Positions 52,599 to 64,000 of a DNA stretch of 64,000 nucleotides are shown piece after piece; positions within the stretch are counted from its first letter, which is position 1, and each line of letters opens with the position of its first letter. The position numbers and the translations under genes are program-made. The notes under the pieces were generated by a model that saw only the letters and a list, made by a program, of their open reading frames with translations, ran no database searches and was not told where the DNA came from. Source of the stretch: Raja brachyura (lineage: Eukaryota); the NCBI GenBank assembly GCA_963514005.1, contig OY740794.1, positions 50,654,001 to 50,718,000 of the forward strand, in the 5' to 3' direction.

Positions 52599-54457
52599 TT
52601 AGTACGAATCAGGATAGTGGCAGCAGAATTTTATATAACATTCAGAATTTGGAAGATGGTATGTTAGCCAGAAATGCATTGGAATAAGTTTGTGGATAAC
52701 AACGCTTTTGTGACAGCTGTGCAGATTCAATAATGATATGGCGCTGGCAATAGACAGTTTCAGTAACAGAAGTTACAAAACACAGCAATGTTTGTAAACT
52801 TGAGAAAAGCTTATATTTTACATAGACATGTGGATATGCAGGGAATGGAGGAATATCGATTATGTTGCAGGCAGATAAGAGTTGGTCTTGGCATCATGTT
52901 CGGCACAGACATTGTGGGTGGAAGGACCCATGTTCGTACTGTGCTGTTCTATGCTCTATTGGGGAAACATATACAAGAGCATCTGTGAAATTATATTTGC
53001 CAAAATATATAGCAGAGAGAATCCATTTTTAAACCTCACTCACCATCCCTATAATCATGTTACTTGATTTTGAGGAGTACAGATAACCTCAAGAGAGTAT
53101 ACAATGCAAGCCTACAAGTTTGATGAATAACACTGAATAGAGTAATTCTCTATTAGGTACAATTGAGTATCTGAAAGCAGTGTTATTACTGGTGACAGGG
53201 TGTAATTACATGATGATTAGTTTACCCAAGTAATTTATATTATATATGATAACATAGAATTTCTATGATGTGAAATGTTGGCACTAAAATGCTTTGTTAT
53301 AAGATTTTCTGCTCATTCCATGTTGATCACTGGAGCCATGAACTAACTTTAACTTGCATCAATTGGGCAACATGTGAGCCGTTGTGACATGTGACATGTG
53401 ACGTGAATACGGTTAGGTACTGCTCAGGTGTCTTATATTTAAATGGCTCGGGAGCATTTTTGTTTATCTTTGGCACACATTAAGAAATAAATATTGAAGG
53501 GAATAATGGAAGATGCACATTTTTTTCAGAGCTCTGCCAGCATGAGTCAACGAGGTAGATTTTAACCATTATGTGACTGGCAGCCAAGTACACTAGGATG
53601 CCAAATGACTGAGATGTAGTATTAGTGAGTGACCTAGCCTGTGGTGAAGGTAACATCTCTTAATCCTACAGTTAATAATACATTACTTTAAAGTAAAAAA
53701 TTAATCCAAGGAAAGTCAGTGAAGATTTACCAAAGAATGGCCTGGTAACATCCATCAGGGAGTCAGGGAGCAGAAATGGCTTGTAGGAAATGGTGCCAAA
53801 TATCAATTGAAATTTAGATGCATCAAAATTTATTTATAAAAAAAATTGGAGAACAGAAAATAAGGAATACCCAGTAGGTCAGGCAGCATCTGAGGAGAGA
53901 TACAATGGTATAATTTCAGCTTGATGACCTTTCATCAGAACTAGCTCAGTAAAACATTAACTGTTATCAGCATCTTCTGTCTTAATTTCAGGTTTCCAGC
54001 GTTGACTGCCAGAGTGGAAAGTTGTTTGATTCTGTCTGAATCACTGGCTGACACAGGGTGGAATAGGTAGCAAAAGAATAGAAATTGTAGTGTTGACGAT
54101 GGCTTCTCAGTACTTAGCTGTGGAAAGTTTTAAGACTCACCCAAACTCCTTGGACAAATTGGCAAATGAAGTAGAAGCAGTGAATAGGCTGAAGGAGATA
54201 TTGGTGCCATGTTTAGCTAATAATAAGGATGGTTCTTTGCAGCACACCGGTGATGATAATAAAAGGAACTTGATGGTAGGTAGTGCCCAGCCTTTTGCTG
54301 GCAAGAAGCAGCACAGTGGCACAGCGGGTAGACCTGCTGCCTCACATTGCCAGAGCCCCGGGTTTGATCTCGACCTCGAGTCCATGTGAAATCTGCACAT
54401 TCTCCCTGTGATTGCATGGGTTACCTCTGAGTGCTCCAGTTTCTTACCACGTGCCAC

Positions 54458-56687
54458 GTTTCAGAAGGCCTTCGATAAGGTGCTGCACGTCAGGCTGCTA
54501 CAGAAGATGAGAGCCCATGGTATTGAAGGCAAGATACTAGCATATAGGACAGCGAGAAGGCTGGATGGCAGAAGGCAAAGAGTTACAATAAAAGGCGCTT
54601 TGTCAGGTTGGCTGTCAGTGACTAGTGGAGTTCTGCAAAGGTCAGTGCTGGTACTGCTTCTCTTCACATTGTGCATTAATGATTTGGATAAGAGGATTGA
54701 AGGCTTTGTGGCCAAGTTTGCAGTTGATGCTGAGATTGACTTGGCATAACTTGATAGGTGGAGGAGCAGGCAGTGTAGAGGAAGCAAGGACTCTGCAAAA
54801 GGACTTGGACAGGTTAGATGAGTGAGCAGAGAAGTGGCAGATAAAATTCAGTATAGCAAAGTGCAGACTCATGCATTTTGGTATTAAGAATAAAAGCGTA
54901 CATTATTTTCTAAATGGAAAGAGAATCCAGAAATCGGAGTTGCAAGAGGACTTGGGAGTGCTGGTGCATGACTCCCAAAAAGTTAATTTGTAAGTCGAAT
55001 TGGTAGTAAGGAAGGCAAATTCAATGCTAGCATTTATATCAAGAGGACTGGAATACAAATACAGAGATGTAATGCTGAGGCTGTATAAAGCGCTGGTCAG
55101 GCCACATTTGGAGTACTGTGAGCAGATTTGGGCCCCATATCTGAGGAAGGATGTGCTGGCTCTGGAGAGGGTTCAGAGGAGGTTTATAAGAATGATTCCA
55201 GGAATGAGTGGGTAAGCATATGGTGAGCACTTGACAGCACTGGGCCTCTACTTGCTGGAGTTTAGAAGGTTGAGGGGGGATGTCATTGAAACTTACAGAA
55301 TAATGAAAGGCACAGATGAAGTGGATGTGGAACGGTTGTTTCCACTGCTGGGAGAATCTAGGAGCAGAGGTCATAGCCTCAGAATTAAAGTAGGTATGTT
55401 ACAAAACTTACCTTCAGCAGCGCTGCAGTTCCGTCACTGACTGTGTGCGCGACTTTGGTGCCTTTGAGAGGGGGGTGGGTTTAAAATGTCATTTTTGTCC
55501 AGCCTGTTCAAATTGATCTTTGTCAGGCTGTTTAGTTGCTGAAGAAAAATCGCTCCGACTGCCGTTATATCAAGTTTATTAAAATTAGCGCTGGATAATT
55601 TAATAGCAGAAGTAAAATTAAAATCGTCTTCTAAAGCCGTGAACGCCGACAACGAGATGGATCTCACGTACGGGACAAAGCAAGGTAAGCCATTTATTTT
55701 TACATATAAACGTGTTTCTTAAGATGCCTTTAATCAAAATTTCACGTTGCGAAAAGCTGATTATGTAATTTTCCTGCCGATATGGGGTTTAAATTCACTG
55801 CAACCGCAACGTTCCAAACAATCGCGTTCCACAAAATCTCACTCGCAAGATGATTTAAATGGCCATTAATTTACAGGAATTAAACACTAAATTTCTTCCA
55901 TTTGGCCTATAAATTCATGACAATGAGATTTAAAAATCATGTCATATTGTGAATTCTTGTGTGAATGTTATTTGGACACATAGGCTATTTAAAAATGTTA
56001 ATCTTTTCTTAAGAAATGGATAGATGTTTAGATCTAGTAATTGAATTTTGTAATTAGCTATAAATAGGTAACTAACTAATTATATGCTTTAATTTCAGGT
56101 CATCCAAGTAAGATTGTTTCATATTTGTTTCAGAATGCTTCAATCTATAATAACTAAACATTTATTTCAGTTCTCTTAATTTTTAAGAAAGTTATGGGCT
56201 TTTGACTGTCCTTGATCACAGCTTTTGAGTTAATGGAAAAGCAATAGGGAACAAGATGCTAATTTTCGAGTATGAAAATGGCCATAACTTTTTAAATACT
56301 GAAGATATGAAAGTGAATTAGGCGTCAAATTCAACTTCTTGTTATGCTTTATCTGATGGAATAAATTGCAGACTTGATTTTTTAAATCTCCAAATTTTGT
56401 AACATTGCTAATTAAAGGCCGCTCTTTTAGAAAGGAGGTAAGGAGGAACTTCTTTAGTCAGGGGGTAGTTAATCTGTGGAACTCATTGCCACAGAGGGCT
56501 GTGGAGGCCGTCAATGGGTATTTTTAAGGCAAAGGTAGACAAGTTGTTGATTTGAACGGGTGTCAAGGGTTATGGGGAGTAGGTAGGAAAATGGGATTAG
56601 GAGGCAGAGATCAACCATGATTGAATGACGGAGTAGACTCGATGGGCCGAATGGCCCAATTCTACTCCTATAACATGAATTTGTGAA
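54458..56687 (+). mobile_element. CR1 LINE RT fragment, nested in a V-SINE and split by a hAT-like element
   Basis: FQKAFDKV.H, KFA.D and LYKALVRPHLEYC motifs; CR1 3'UTR at 56590-56680. Confidence 0.9.
55391..56410. mobile_element. Non-autonomous hAT-like DNA transposon inserted in CR1
   Basis: TIRs TAGGTATGTTACAAAACTT and AAATTTTGTAACATTGCTA, flanked by the direct repeat ATTAAAG. CR1 sequence resumes seamlessly after it. Confidence 0.8.
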
Positions 56688-58649
56688 CATGGAGGTTTGT
56701 AGGTTAATTGGCCTCTGTAAATTGCCCCGTGTGTGTTGGGATTAGCTGAGAAAGTGGGATAACTTCAAACTAGCGTGAACGGGTGATCGATAGCCTGTGT
56801 GGTCTCTGTGGGTTGAAGAGCCTGGTTTCGTGGTGTATCTGTAAAGGAAACACAATTAAATTAGAAATGGACGGGTTGGAGCACATTCCCATAGAATTGG
56901 ATAACAGAGAGTAATACTAGGGAAGGAGAATATCTTTGGCCATCAAAGACAGGAAAGCTGAAGGGAATGAGTAAATTAAGCAATAGTCAATGAAACAGCC
57001 GGATGATGATTGCTTAAAATTTAATAACATCATGAAGTTCACTTCTGTGAAGGATTTGCTACACATTTTTGAGTTAATTAAATGAGTGGTATTGAAAATA
57101 ATTACATTTCCGAGACTGTAACCACAGGAATTTATTAAACTGCAGCATCTGCGATAAATTGCTCCAACTAACGTGCGTTGATTACTATCTCATTTGCGTT
57201 GCATTCAAAGATTGCCAAGTATGAACAACTGTACAGTCTAAAAAAATGTCTTGCTCTAATACATTTCTTTGAAAACTCTGTAAGTTCTTTTGATGAGTCT
57301 TCAGTTAAATATCTCATTTATAATTAGGATAAACTACCCAGCCCATCACGACTACTGATCTCCCCACCATTGAAGGGATCAACAAGAGTTGCTGCCTCAA
57401 AATCAGAGACCCACACCACGCTGGCAAAGCTCTCATTTCACTCCTGCCATCGGGAAGAAGGTATAGGAGCCTGAAAACTGTAACGTTCAGGTGCAGCTTC
57501 TTCCCTACAACCATCAGGCTATTAAATACTATAGTTTGAAGAAGGGTCCCATCCCGAAACGTCACCCATCCCTTCTCTCCAAAGATGCTGTCTGTCCCGC
57601 TGTGTTACTCCAGCATTTTCTGTCTATCTTTGGTGGAAACCAGCATCTGTAGTTCCTTCCTACATTGCAACTTCTAACTAAGCTCCAAACTACATAGATT
57701 TGGGGACATTGTTTTTGTGTTTGCACTATAATTGTTTGTTTTTATATACTGAACTTTTTTTTGTTTATTATTGTGTTTACACATAAATATGATTTTACTT
57801 CGGAGTCACGTGAGTGACTACGTGAAGAAGGCCCGCCTGGCGCTGGATCGGCATTACGTCGACGCTATCGGCAGAGGAAAGAGCTGCAGAGGCAGCTCCA
57901 ACACAGCGGTAAGGAACCGGCCCGCAGGTAAATAAAATTATTTTACTTCCAGGGCGTTTTCTTAAAACTCCGTAGGCTGGTAGGAAACCAGGAGGAGTTT
58001 AAATTAAAATAAAAATAAAAATGTTTTAAAAAATCGCGGGTAAAACGTGCGTCCCGGGGTGTAAAAAGTCGGGACAGCAGATTATTGCGGAGCCGGTTCC
58101 GATACCGGTGGCCGATTGAAATACCCGTTAGTAAGCCTTTAGTTGCTCCACAAACAAAACTTGAAAACCCAGTGCCTAAAATGTAAAAAGAGGCTTGAAA
58201 GGCCTGAGGTTTCTAAAAGATCCTGTAAGGTAAGCCTAAAATTGGCTAAGTATGGATCTAATGGAGGAAATACTCCAAACAATATCAACCAAGGGTCTAA
58301 GTACCCAGAATATTCCCAGGCAGCCCCTGAGGGGGTTCCATATCGTGAATATGGTGCCAGTTAAAAATGGGAATTGAAACTCCAGTGCCTGGGATTGGGC
58401 TGGAGGAAGTCTCCTTGAACGAGTTTCAGGAGTACCAGGGCTGTATGAGACAGACCCTGAAAGTGGTGTTTGTGGTCAGAAGTACCCACCACAATACAAA
58501 TCCAGGTGTGTCTGAGGGGCACAAAGTTACTATACCTGGTGGAGGAGGTGAGGCCCTGGAAGGAAACCTGGCGGCCAATGTTAATTATGGTCTCTCACCT
58601 GCCTCAAGAAAGCTGTTATGGTTGAGACAGCAGATTTGCATTTAAACAT

Positions 58650-58684
58650 GTGCTCGCTTCGGCAGCACATATACTAAAATTGGA
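58650..58684 (+). pseudogene. RNU6: U6 snRNA 5' fragment (nt 1-35) inside the DIRS gag-like region
   Basis: GTGCTCGCTTCGGCAGCACATATACTAAAATTGGA is identical to the vertebrate U6 5' end and stops before the ACAGAGA box. No U6 3' part or evident snRNA promoter nearby. Confidence 0.93.
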
Positions 58685-59164
58685 GTGATTACGCTAATTC
58701 ATGAAACATTCCAAAACACCTTTAAGAAGGTACCTGGTAAATCCGGGTTTTGGGCGCCAATGTCAGCAATTATGCGGGCGCAGGAATTACGATTAAAAGA
58801 ATTCTCAAGCTAATTGGCATCACTGTCTTTTAAGACAAGCTGGAAGGTTGTGGAATGACTAAAGTTCAGAATAAAACAAAATATGTTAGGTTTATTCTGC
58901 AAACTCATTTTGAGATAAATTATATAAATGGAAGATTGCCATTCGGCCTCTTTTACATCCAAAGATTTACAGGACAAGCAATGTTCAAGCTCCTGGTTAT
59001 TTGTTCGGTGGAAATCTGTTTAAACAAATTAAAGTAATGGATGAAGAGGCAAAAACTGTTGGTCTTGTGAAACCCTTCAGTTGGCCAGAAGGCTGGTCAT
59101 ATGAAAAAGGGATTTGATTTGAGCCGAGGCAGGAGTATGATAAGGAAGAATTTCCAGCCAGCAA

Positions 59165-59260
59165 ATCGCTTCTCGGCTTTTTGGCTAAGATCAAGTGTGG
59201 TATCTGTTCTTATCAGTTTAATATCTGATACGTCCCTTATCTAGGGACCATATATTAAAT
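59165..59260 (+). pseudogene. RNU2: U2 snRNA 5' fragment (nt 1-96) inside the DIRS element
   Basis: ATCGCTTCTCGGCTTTTTGGCTAAGATCAAGTGTGGTATCTGTTCTTATCAGTTTAATATCTGATACGTCCCTTATCTAGGGACCATATATTAAAT. Stem IIb (GTCCCT/AGGGAC) is intact; the fragment ends just before the Sm site. Confidence 0.96.
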
Positions 59261-59369
59261 AAAAAATACCGAATGTACACCCATTTATTGGGTAAGGAGG
59301 TCATTTCGTCAAACAGTTGGAGAGGTACAAAACTTAATCCTATTAAAGAAGGATGTTTGGATGAACCTC

Positions 59370-61025
59370 AGATTGGTGGTAGACTCCAAGTGTTTGATGA
59401 TAAGGAGGTATGGATCCATTGGGACACAATAAGCCTTATCATTCTTTCATGTTTGCAGTCTTGAAATAATTCAAATTGACAAAGACGTTAAGAATTTGTG
59501 TGAGGAAGGAGTTATTGAGAAAACAGGAAAGGATCCACAACAATTATATCAAATATTTCCCCAGACCAAAGAAAGATGGGGTTGTAGAATCATTTTAGAT
59601 CTCACACAATTAAATACATTGTCCAGTATAAACATTTTTAAAATGGACACATTCAACACTGCAATGCAGCAGGTATCAACAGGTTGTTATATGGCTACAA
59701 TAAATTGAAGAGATGCATATTTCGGTCCCAATTCACCATAATTTCGCAGGTAATTAAAGTTTATGGATGGGACAGCTGTGGTACTACAAAGCTTTGCCTA
59801 AAGGATTAAGCCAGCATTTGCACTGCTTTAGGCACAAAAGCACATCGTTATGGCTTATCTAGATGACATTTAATTGTCAATGCTAATCAGGAGCCAGGTG
59901 GAAAATTAGTCTCAGCAACTACAAGTTGTTTGAGAAGTTGGGTTCCTGATCCATCCAACAAATCTAAGTTACAGCAATCCCAAACCATTGAATATCTGGG
60001 GTTTGAGATTAATTCAGTTACCATGTTGGTAACTTTACCAATGGATAAGTGTTGGATTTGACAAATGTGTGTCAAGACCTGATTAACAAACCTTATCCCT
60101 CCATCCGAGAGGTTGCCAAGGTTATTGGTAAATTGGCAGCAGCATTTCCAGACAGTAGAGTTTGGTCGTCTACATTACCAAAATCTTCAAAGGGCAAAAA
60201 CTCAAGCGCTTATTCAGCGAGCAAGCCATTTGATAGGCCAATGCAATTGCCTAAGGAAGCTTTATCAGAATTACATTGGTGGATTGAGAATGTTCCATAA
60301 GCTGCTAAGAACTTTTAGTTCATCAGCCAGTAGTGTTTTTGCAAAATGACAAAAGTTCTCTCGGATTGTGGGGGGGGGGGGGCTACGGATAATGAGACCA
60401 GCTGTAGAGGCAGATGGGCTGTCCAAGAGGATTTATTGTTCCAAACATATGGTATTAATTATTTGGAGCTCTTGGAAGCATTTTATGGATTAAAAGCTTA
60501 TTGCCCTTCATTAAAGGATTTGCATGTCCAAGTACAAATAGATTATACCACAGCTGTGGCATATATCAATCACATGGGTGGTGTCAGATCAATATCATGT
60601 GATCATCTGGTAAACCAGATGTGGCAATGGTGTATGGCAAAAAATATTTGTTTTTCAGCTATTTATCTCTCGGGGAGAGACAATGTTGTGGCAGACAAAA
60701 GATCACGAATATTTAAAGACAATACAGAATGGATGTTAATCCACAAAATTTCAAAATATTGTCAGTCGGTATGGAGTACCGGACATTGATCTGTTTGCAT
60801 CTAGATTGAATCACCAATTGCCCAAATACGTGTCTTGGGGAACACGATCCAGGGGCAGTAGCGGTGGATGCTTTCTCACTACACTGGGGAATTTGTTCTT
60901 TTATGATTTTCCCCATTCTGTCTCATTGGGCAATGTCTCAATAAAAAGCGCTAGACGCTGCCGAAGGCAATTTTGGTGGTGTCAGATTGGCCCACGCAGT
61001 CATGGTTCCCATTGATGCTAAAATG
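59370..61025 (+). pseudogene. DIRS pol remnant: reverse transcriptase, RNase H, methyltransferase-like domain
   Basis: Motifs GGRLQ, ILDLTQLN, FKMDT, MAYLDD (YLDD at 59856-59867), INYLELL, QIDYTTAVAYINHMGG, DIDLFASRLNHQLPKYVSW and DWPTQSWFP, all broken by stops and frameshifts. Confidence 0.9.
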
Positions 61026-61177
61026 ATTATTGAACCATGTATGACAATTCCCAGTTGCGACAATCTGTTGACACAACCAGTAACAAAAGAAATTCATCCA
61101 TTGCATGATCATATGAATTTGTTAATCTGCAGGTTCTGACCAGACCATTGCAAGAGTTTGAACTGTCGGACAGGACC

Positions 61178-62045
61178 ATGGATGTTATAGTTGCAGCTTG
61201 GAGGAATAGCACTAAAACAATATAAGTCGCATATAAGGAAATGGGAAGTTTGTACACAGTCAAAGATATCTTATCATACTGCAAACATTTCAAATGTATT
61301 AGAGTTCCTTGCTGGGTTACACTTTGATGAGCATTTGAGTTATAGTGCCATTAATTGTGCTCGTAGTGCATTGTCATCCTATTTAGGACAAATTTCAGAT
61401 CGGGATTCAGTTGGGTCTCACCCATTAGTATCCCGATTCATGAAAGGAATTTCAATAAAATCATCCCAAGCCCAGATATACAGGAATTTGGGATGTTAGC
61501 ATTGTTCTCACTTTGTTTAAACAATGGACTCCAATTAATTCAATGTCTTTGCAGAAATTAACATTCAAGGTGGTAATGTTAATGGCATTGGTATCAGCTC
61601 AAAAAGAGTACAAGCTTTGCAATTGTAACGGTTGGATTGCATGCATGTGACTACAGATAACATTATGTTTTATGTTTATGACTTGGATCAAACAAAGCAG
61701 ACCAGGAAGAACTGGAATGAAGGTAATGTTTAAAGCATATCCTATTGATGAAACATTGTGTGTGGTTAAGCATTTAACTCAATACATTGAGGTAACCAAA
61801 ATCTCAGAGGTTCTGAGAAAGCGTTATTAATAACACACAAAAAGCCACATACAAAAGGTTCAGTTCAAACTATTTCTGGATGGTTTGTGTCTAGCAAGAA
61901 TAGATACTGATGTGTTTAAATTTCACTCCACTAGGGCGGCAGCTACGTCCGTGGCAAAGGTACAGGACGTGCCACTCGATAAAATTTTAGAGGCCGCAGG
62001 GTGGTCTAGAGAAGAGATTTTCAAAGTTCTAGTATAAACCTGTTG
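61178..62045 (+). pseudogene. DIRS tyrosine recombinase remnant
   Basis: YSAINCARSALS, HPLVSRFMKG, WDV, HSTRAAATS (H at 61924) and AAGWS motifs; frameshifted. Confidence 0.9.
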
Positions 62046-62341
62046 TCACGGTACCAGGTTTTGGACACACAGTAATGGGTTCTCTTTAATGCTTGCTTTG
62101 TTTTATATTATCGATTTATATTATCGATTTATGTTACCATTGACAACATTTATCAATTTATTTTGTAATTTTCCCCTAAGATAGAGGGGTTATTTTTAAA
62201 AAATTGTTCTTTTTATGATTAAAGGACTTATTACATAAATTGTAACAATGTCCTAAAATACTATTTACTCACTACTGTTTTGTCTAAACAGAGAGTCGTA
62301 TGAAATGAATTTACGACATGGAAAGACACAGAGCTTCAAAA

Positions 62342-62454
62342 TCTTCACGTAGTCACTCACGTGACTCCGAAGTAAAATAGTGAGATTAAACGAGAACTTA
62401 CCAGTTCGAAGTTTGATCTTTATTTTATGAGGAGTTACGATGAGGGATTACGTG
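62342..62454 (+). repeat. DIRS internal complementary region (ICR)
   Basis: 62342-62378 is the exact reverse complement of 57792-57828 (37/37). 62376-62454 is the reverse complement of 62602-62680 (78/79). The two halves overlap by AAT. Confidence 0.95.
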
Positions 62455-63214
62455 CCCTCCACTCCCAACCCTCATAATGTAAATGATCATCTGGTAGTTC
62501 TAGTCTATTTTGAGCCTTACTATTTTACTTTGGCTATTGGTTCTGTGTTTTTCATGCCGCTGCTTTGAAGTATGCCGATCCAGCGCCAGGCGGGACTTCT
62601 TCACGTAATCCCTCATCGTAACTCCTCATAAAATAAAGATCAAACTTCGAACTGGTAAGTTCTCATTTAATCTCACTATTACATATCTGTTGTGCTGCTG
62701 CAAGTAAGAACTGAATTGTCCTGTTTTGGGACATGTGTCAATAAAACACAAGTGACTCTCTCTCTCTCTTGTCTCTCTTAGGTAATTGCTGACTTCAGTT
62801 GGCAAGAGCAATATGATTAATTTTAGTGCAAGGAAGCAATTAAAATAATATGTTGGCACAGGAGCCCAGCACTACCTTGGAAAAGCAGCCAACATAATGA
62901 AAGACTTGTCCCATCCGGGTCATTCCTTCTTCTCTGAGCTCCTGTCGGGCAGAAGGTACAGAAGCTTGAAAGTATACTCGGGAACAGCTTCTTCCCATCT
63001 TTATCAGGCTTCTGAATGGTCCTCTATAACCCAGGGCACTGTCCGATTCATCTCTACCCCATTGTAAACATTGAACTTTGATAATGGAACTGTTGCGCTA
63101 CAATGCTGAGAGCTATATTCTGCACTCTTTATCTTCCCCTTTGCTCGACCTATTGTACTTGAGTTTGACTTGATTGTATATATGTAAGTGTTATCTGATC
63201 TAATTGGATAGCAT

Positions 63215-64000
63215 GATTACATATTAATGATTTGGAAGAGGGAATTAGGAGCAACACTGGCAAGTTTACGGAAGACACAAAGCTGGGTGGCAGTGTGAAC
63301 TGTGAAGAGGATATTAGGAGGCTGCAGGGTGACCTGAACAAGTTGAGTGAGTGGGCAGATGCGTGGCAGATGCAGTATAATAGAGATAAATGTGAGGTTA
63401 TCCACTTTCGCGGCAAAAACAAGGGGGCAGATTATTATCTCAATGGGGTTAGGTTGGGTAAGGGGGAGGTGCAGCGAGACCTGGGCGTAGTAAAGAGGTT
63501 CTTCTGCAGTTGTATAGGGCTCTGGTGAGACCATATCTGGAGTATTGTGTACAGTTTTGGTCTCCTAATTTGAGGAAGGACATCCTTGCGATTGAGGCAG
63601 TGCAGCGTAGGTTCACGAGATTGATCCCTGGGATGGCGGGACTGTCATATGAGGAAAGATTGAAAAGACTAGGCTTGTATTCACTGGAGTTTAGAAGAAT
63701 GAGGGGGGATCTTATAGAAACATATAACATTATGAAAGGACTGGACAAGCAAGATGCAGGAAAAATGTTCCCAATGTTGGGTGAGTCCAGAACCAGGGGC
63801 CACAGTCTTAGAATAAAGGGGAGGTCATTTAAGACTGAGGTGAGAAAGAAACGTTTTCACCCAGAGAGTTGTGAATTCTTGGAATTCTCTGCCACAGAGG
63901 GCAGTGGAGGCCAAGTCACTGGATGGATTTAAGAGAGTTAGATATAGCTCTAGGGGCTAGTGGAGTCAATGGATATGGGGAGAAGGCAGGCACAGGTTAT
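63215..64000 (+). mobile_element. CR1 LINE RT/C-terminal fragment running off the window end
   Basis: INDLEEGI..KFTEDTKLGG, YRALVRPYLEYCVQFWSP and RRMRGDLIETY motifs. Confidence 0.92.

Larger units (their letters stand above)
57792..62680 (+). mobile_element. DIRS1-type tyrosine-recombinase retrotransposon, full span, coding-defective
   Basis: ITRs at 57819-57854 and 62572-62607; internal complementary region (ICR) 62342-62454 matches both termini. Both ends read ATT, with no TSD beyond that trinucleotide. Internal order is gag-like, RT, RNase H, methyltransferase-like, YR remnants. Confidence 0.95.

Noticed and set aside
58650-59260. Functional U6 or U2 snRNA genes
   Set aside because: Both are truncated (no ACAGAGA box or 3' end for U6; no Sm site or stems III-IV for U2) and are embedded in a retrotransposon.

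Overview
AT-rich, repeat-dense vertebrate DNA. The HE1/V-SINE, CR1 and Penelope-derived repeats point to a cartilaginous fish, probably a skate or ray (inference). The only host gene is SLC25A36 (mitochondrial pyrimidine nucleotide carrier) on the minus strand. Coding exons 1-4 lie at 39475-39515, 18751-18921, 8224-8301 and 3841-3941, with canonical GT-AG junctions and a continuous reading frame. The remaining exons lie left of the window, and exon 1 sits in a CpG island with a CGG-rich 5'UTR. The rest is mobile DNA: CR1, L1/Tx1, Rex1-like, Penelope and RTE-derived retroposons, V-SINEs, Harbinger MITEs, Tc1, Tc2/pogo-like and hAT-like transposons, a deleted class-I ERV, a related solo LTR, and a full-span DIRS1-type tyrosine-recombinase retrotransposon (57792-62680). 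The most unusual observation is in that DIRS element. Its ORFs are heavily decayed, yet its ITR/ICR termini are nearly perfectly complementary. It also carries two sense-oriented, 5'-complete, 3'-truncated spliceosomal snRNA fragments: U6 nt 1-35 at 58650 and U2 nt 1-96 at 59165. This suggests a non-autonomous DIRS lineage that captured and spreads snRNA pieces. Other leads are hammerhead-core mini-retroelements, an old part-inverted duplication bracketing the SLC25A36 promoter, and an overlapping uORF. All calls were made by eye with no database search, and most repeat boundaries are approximate.
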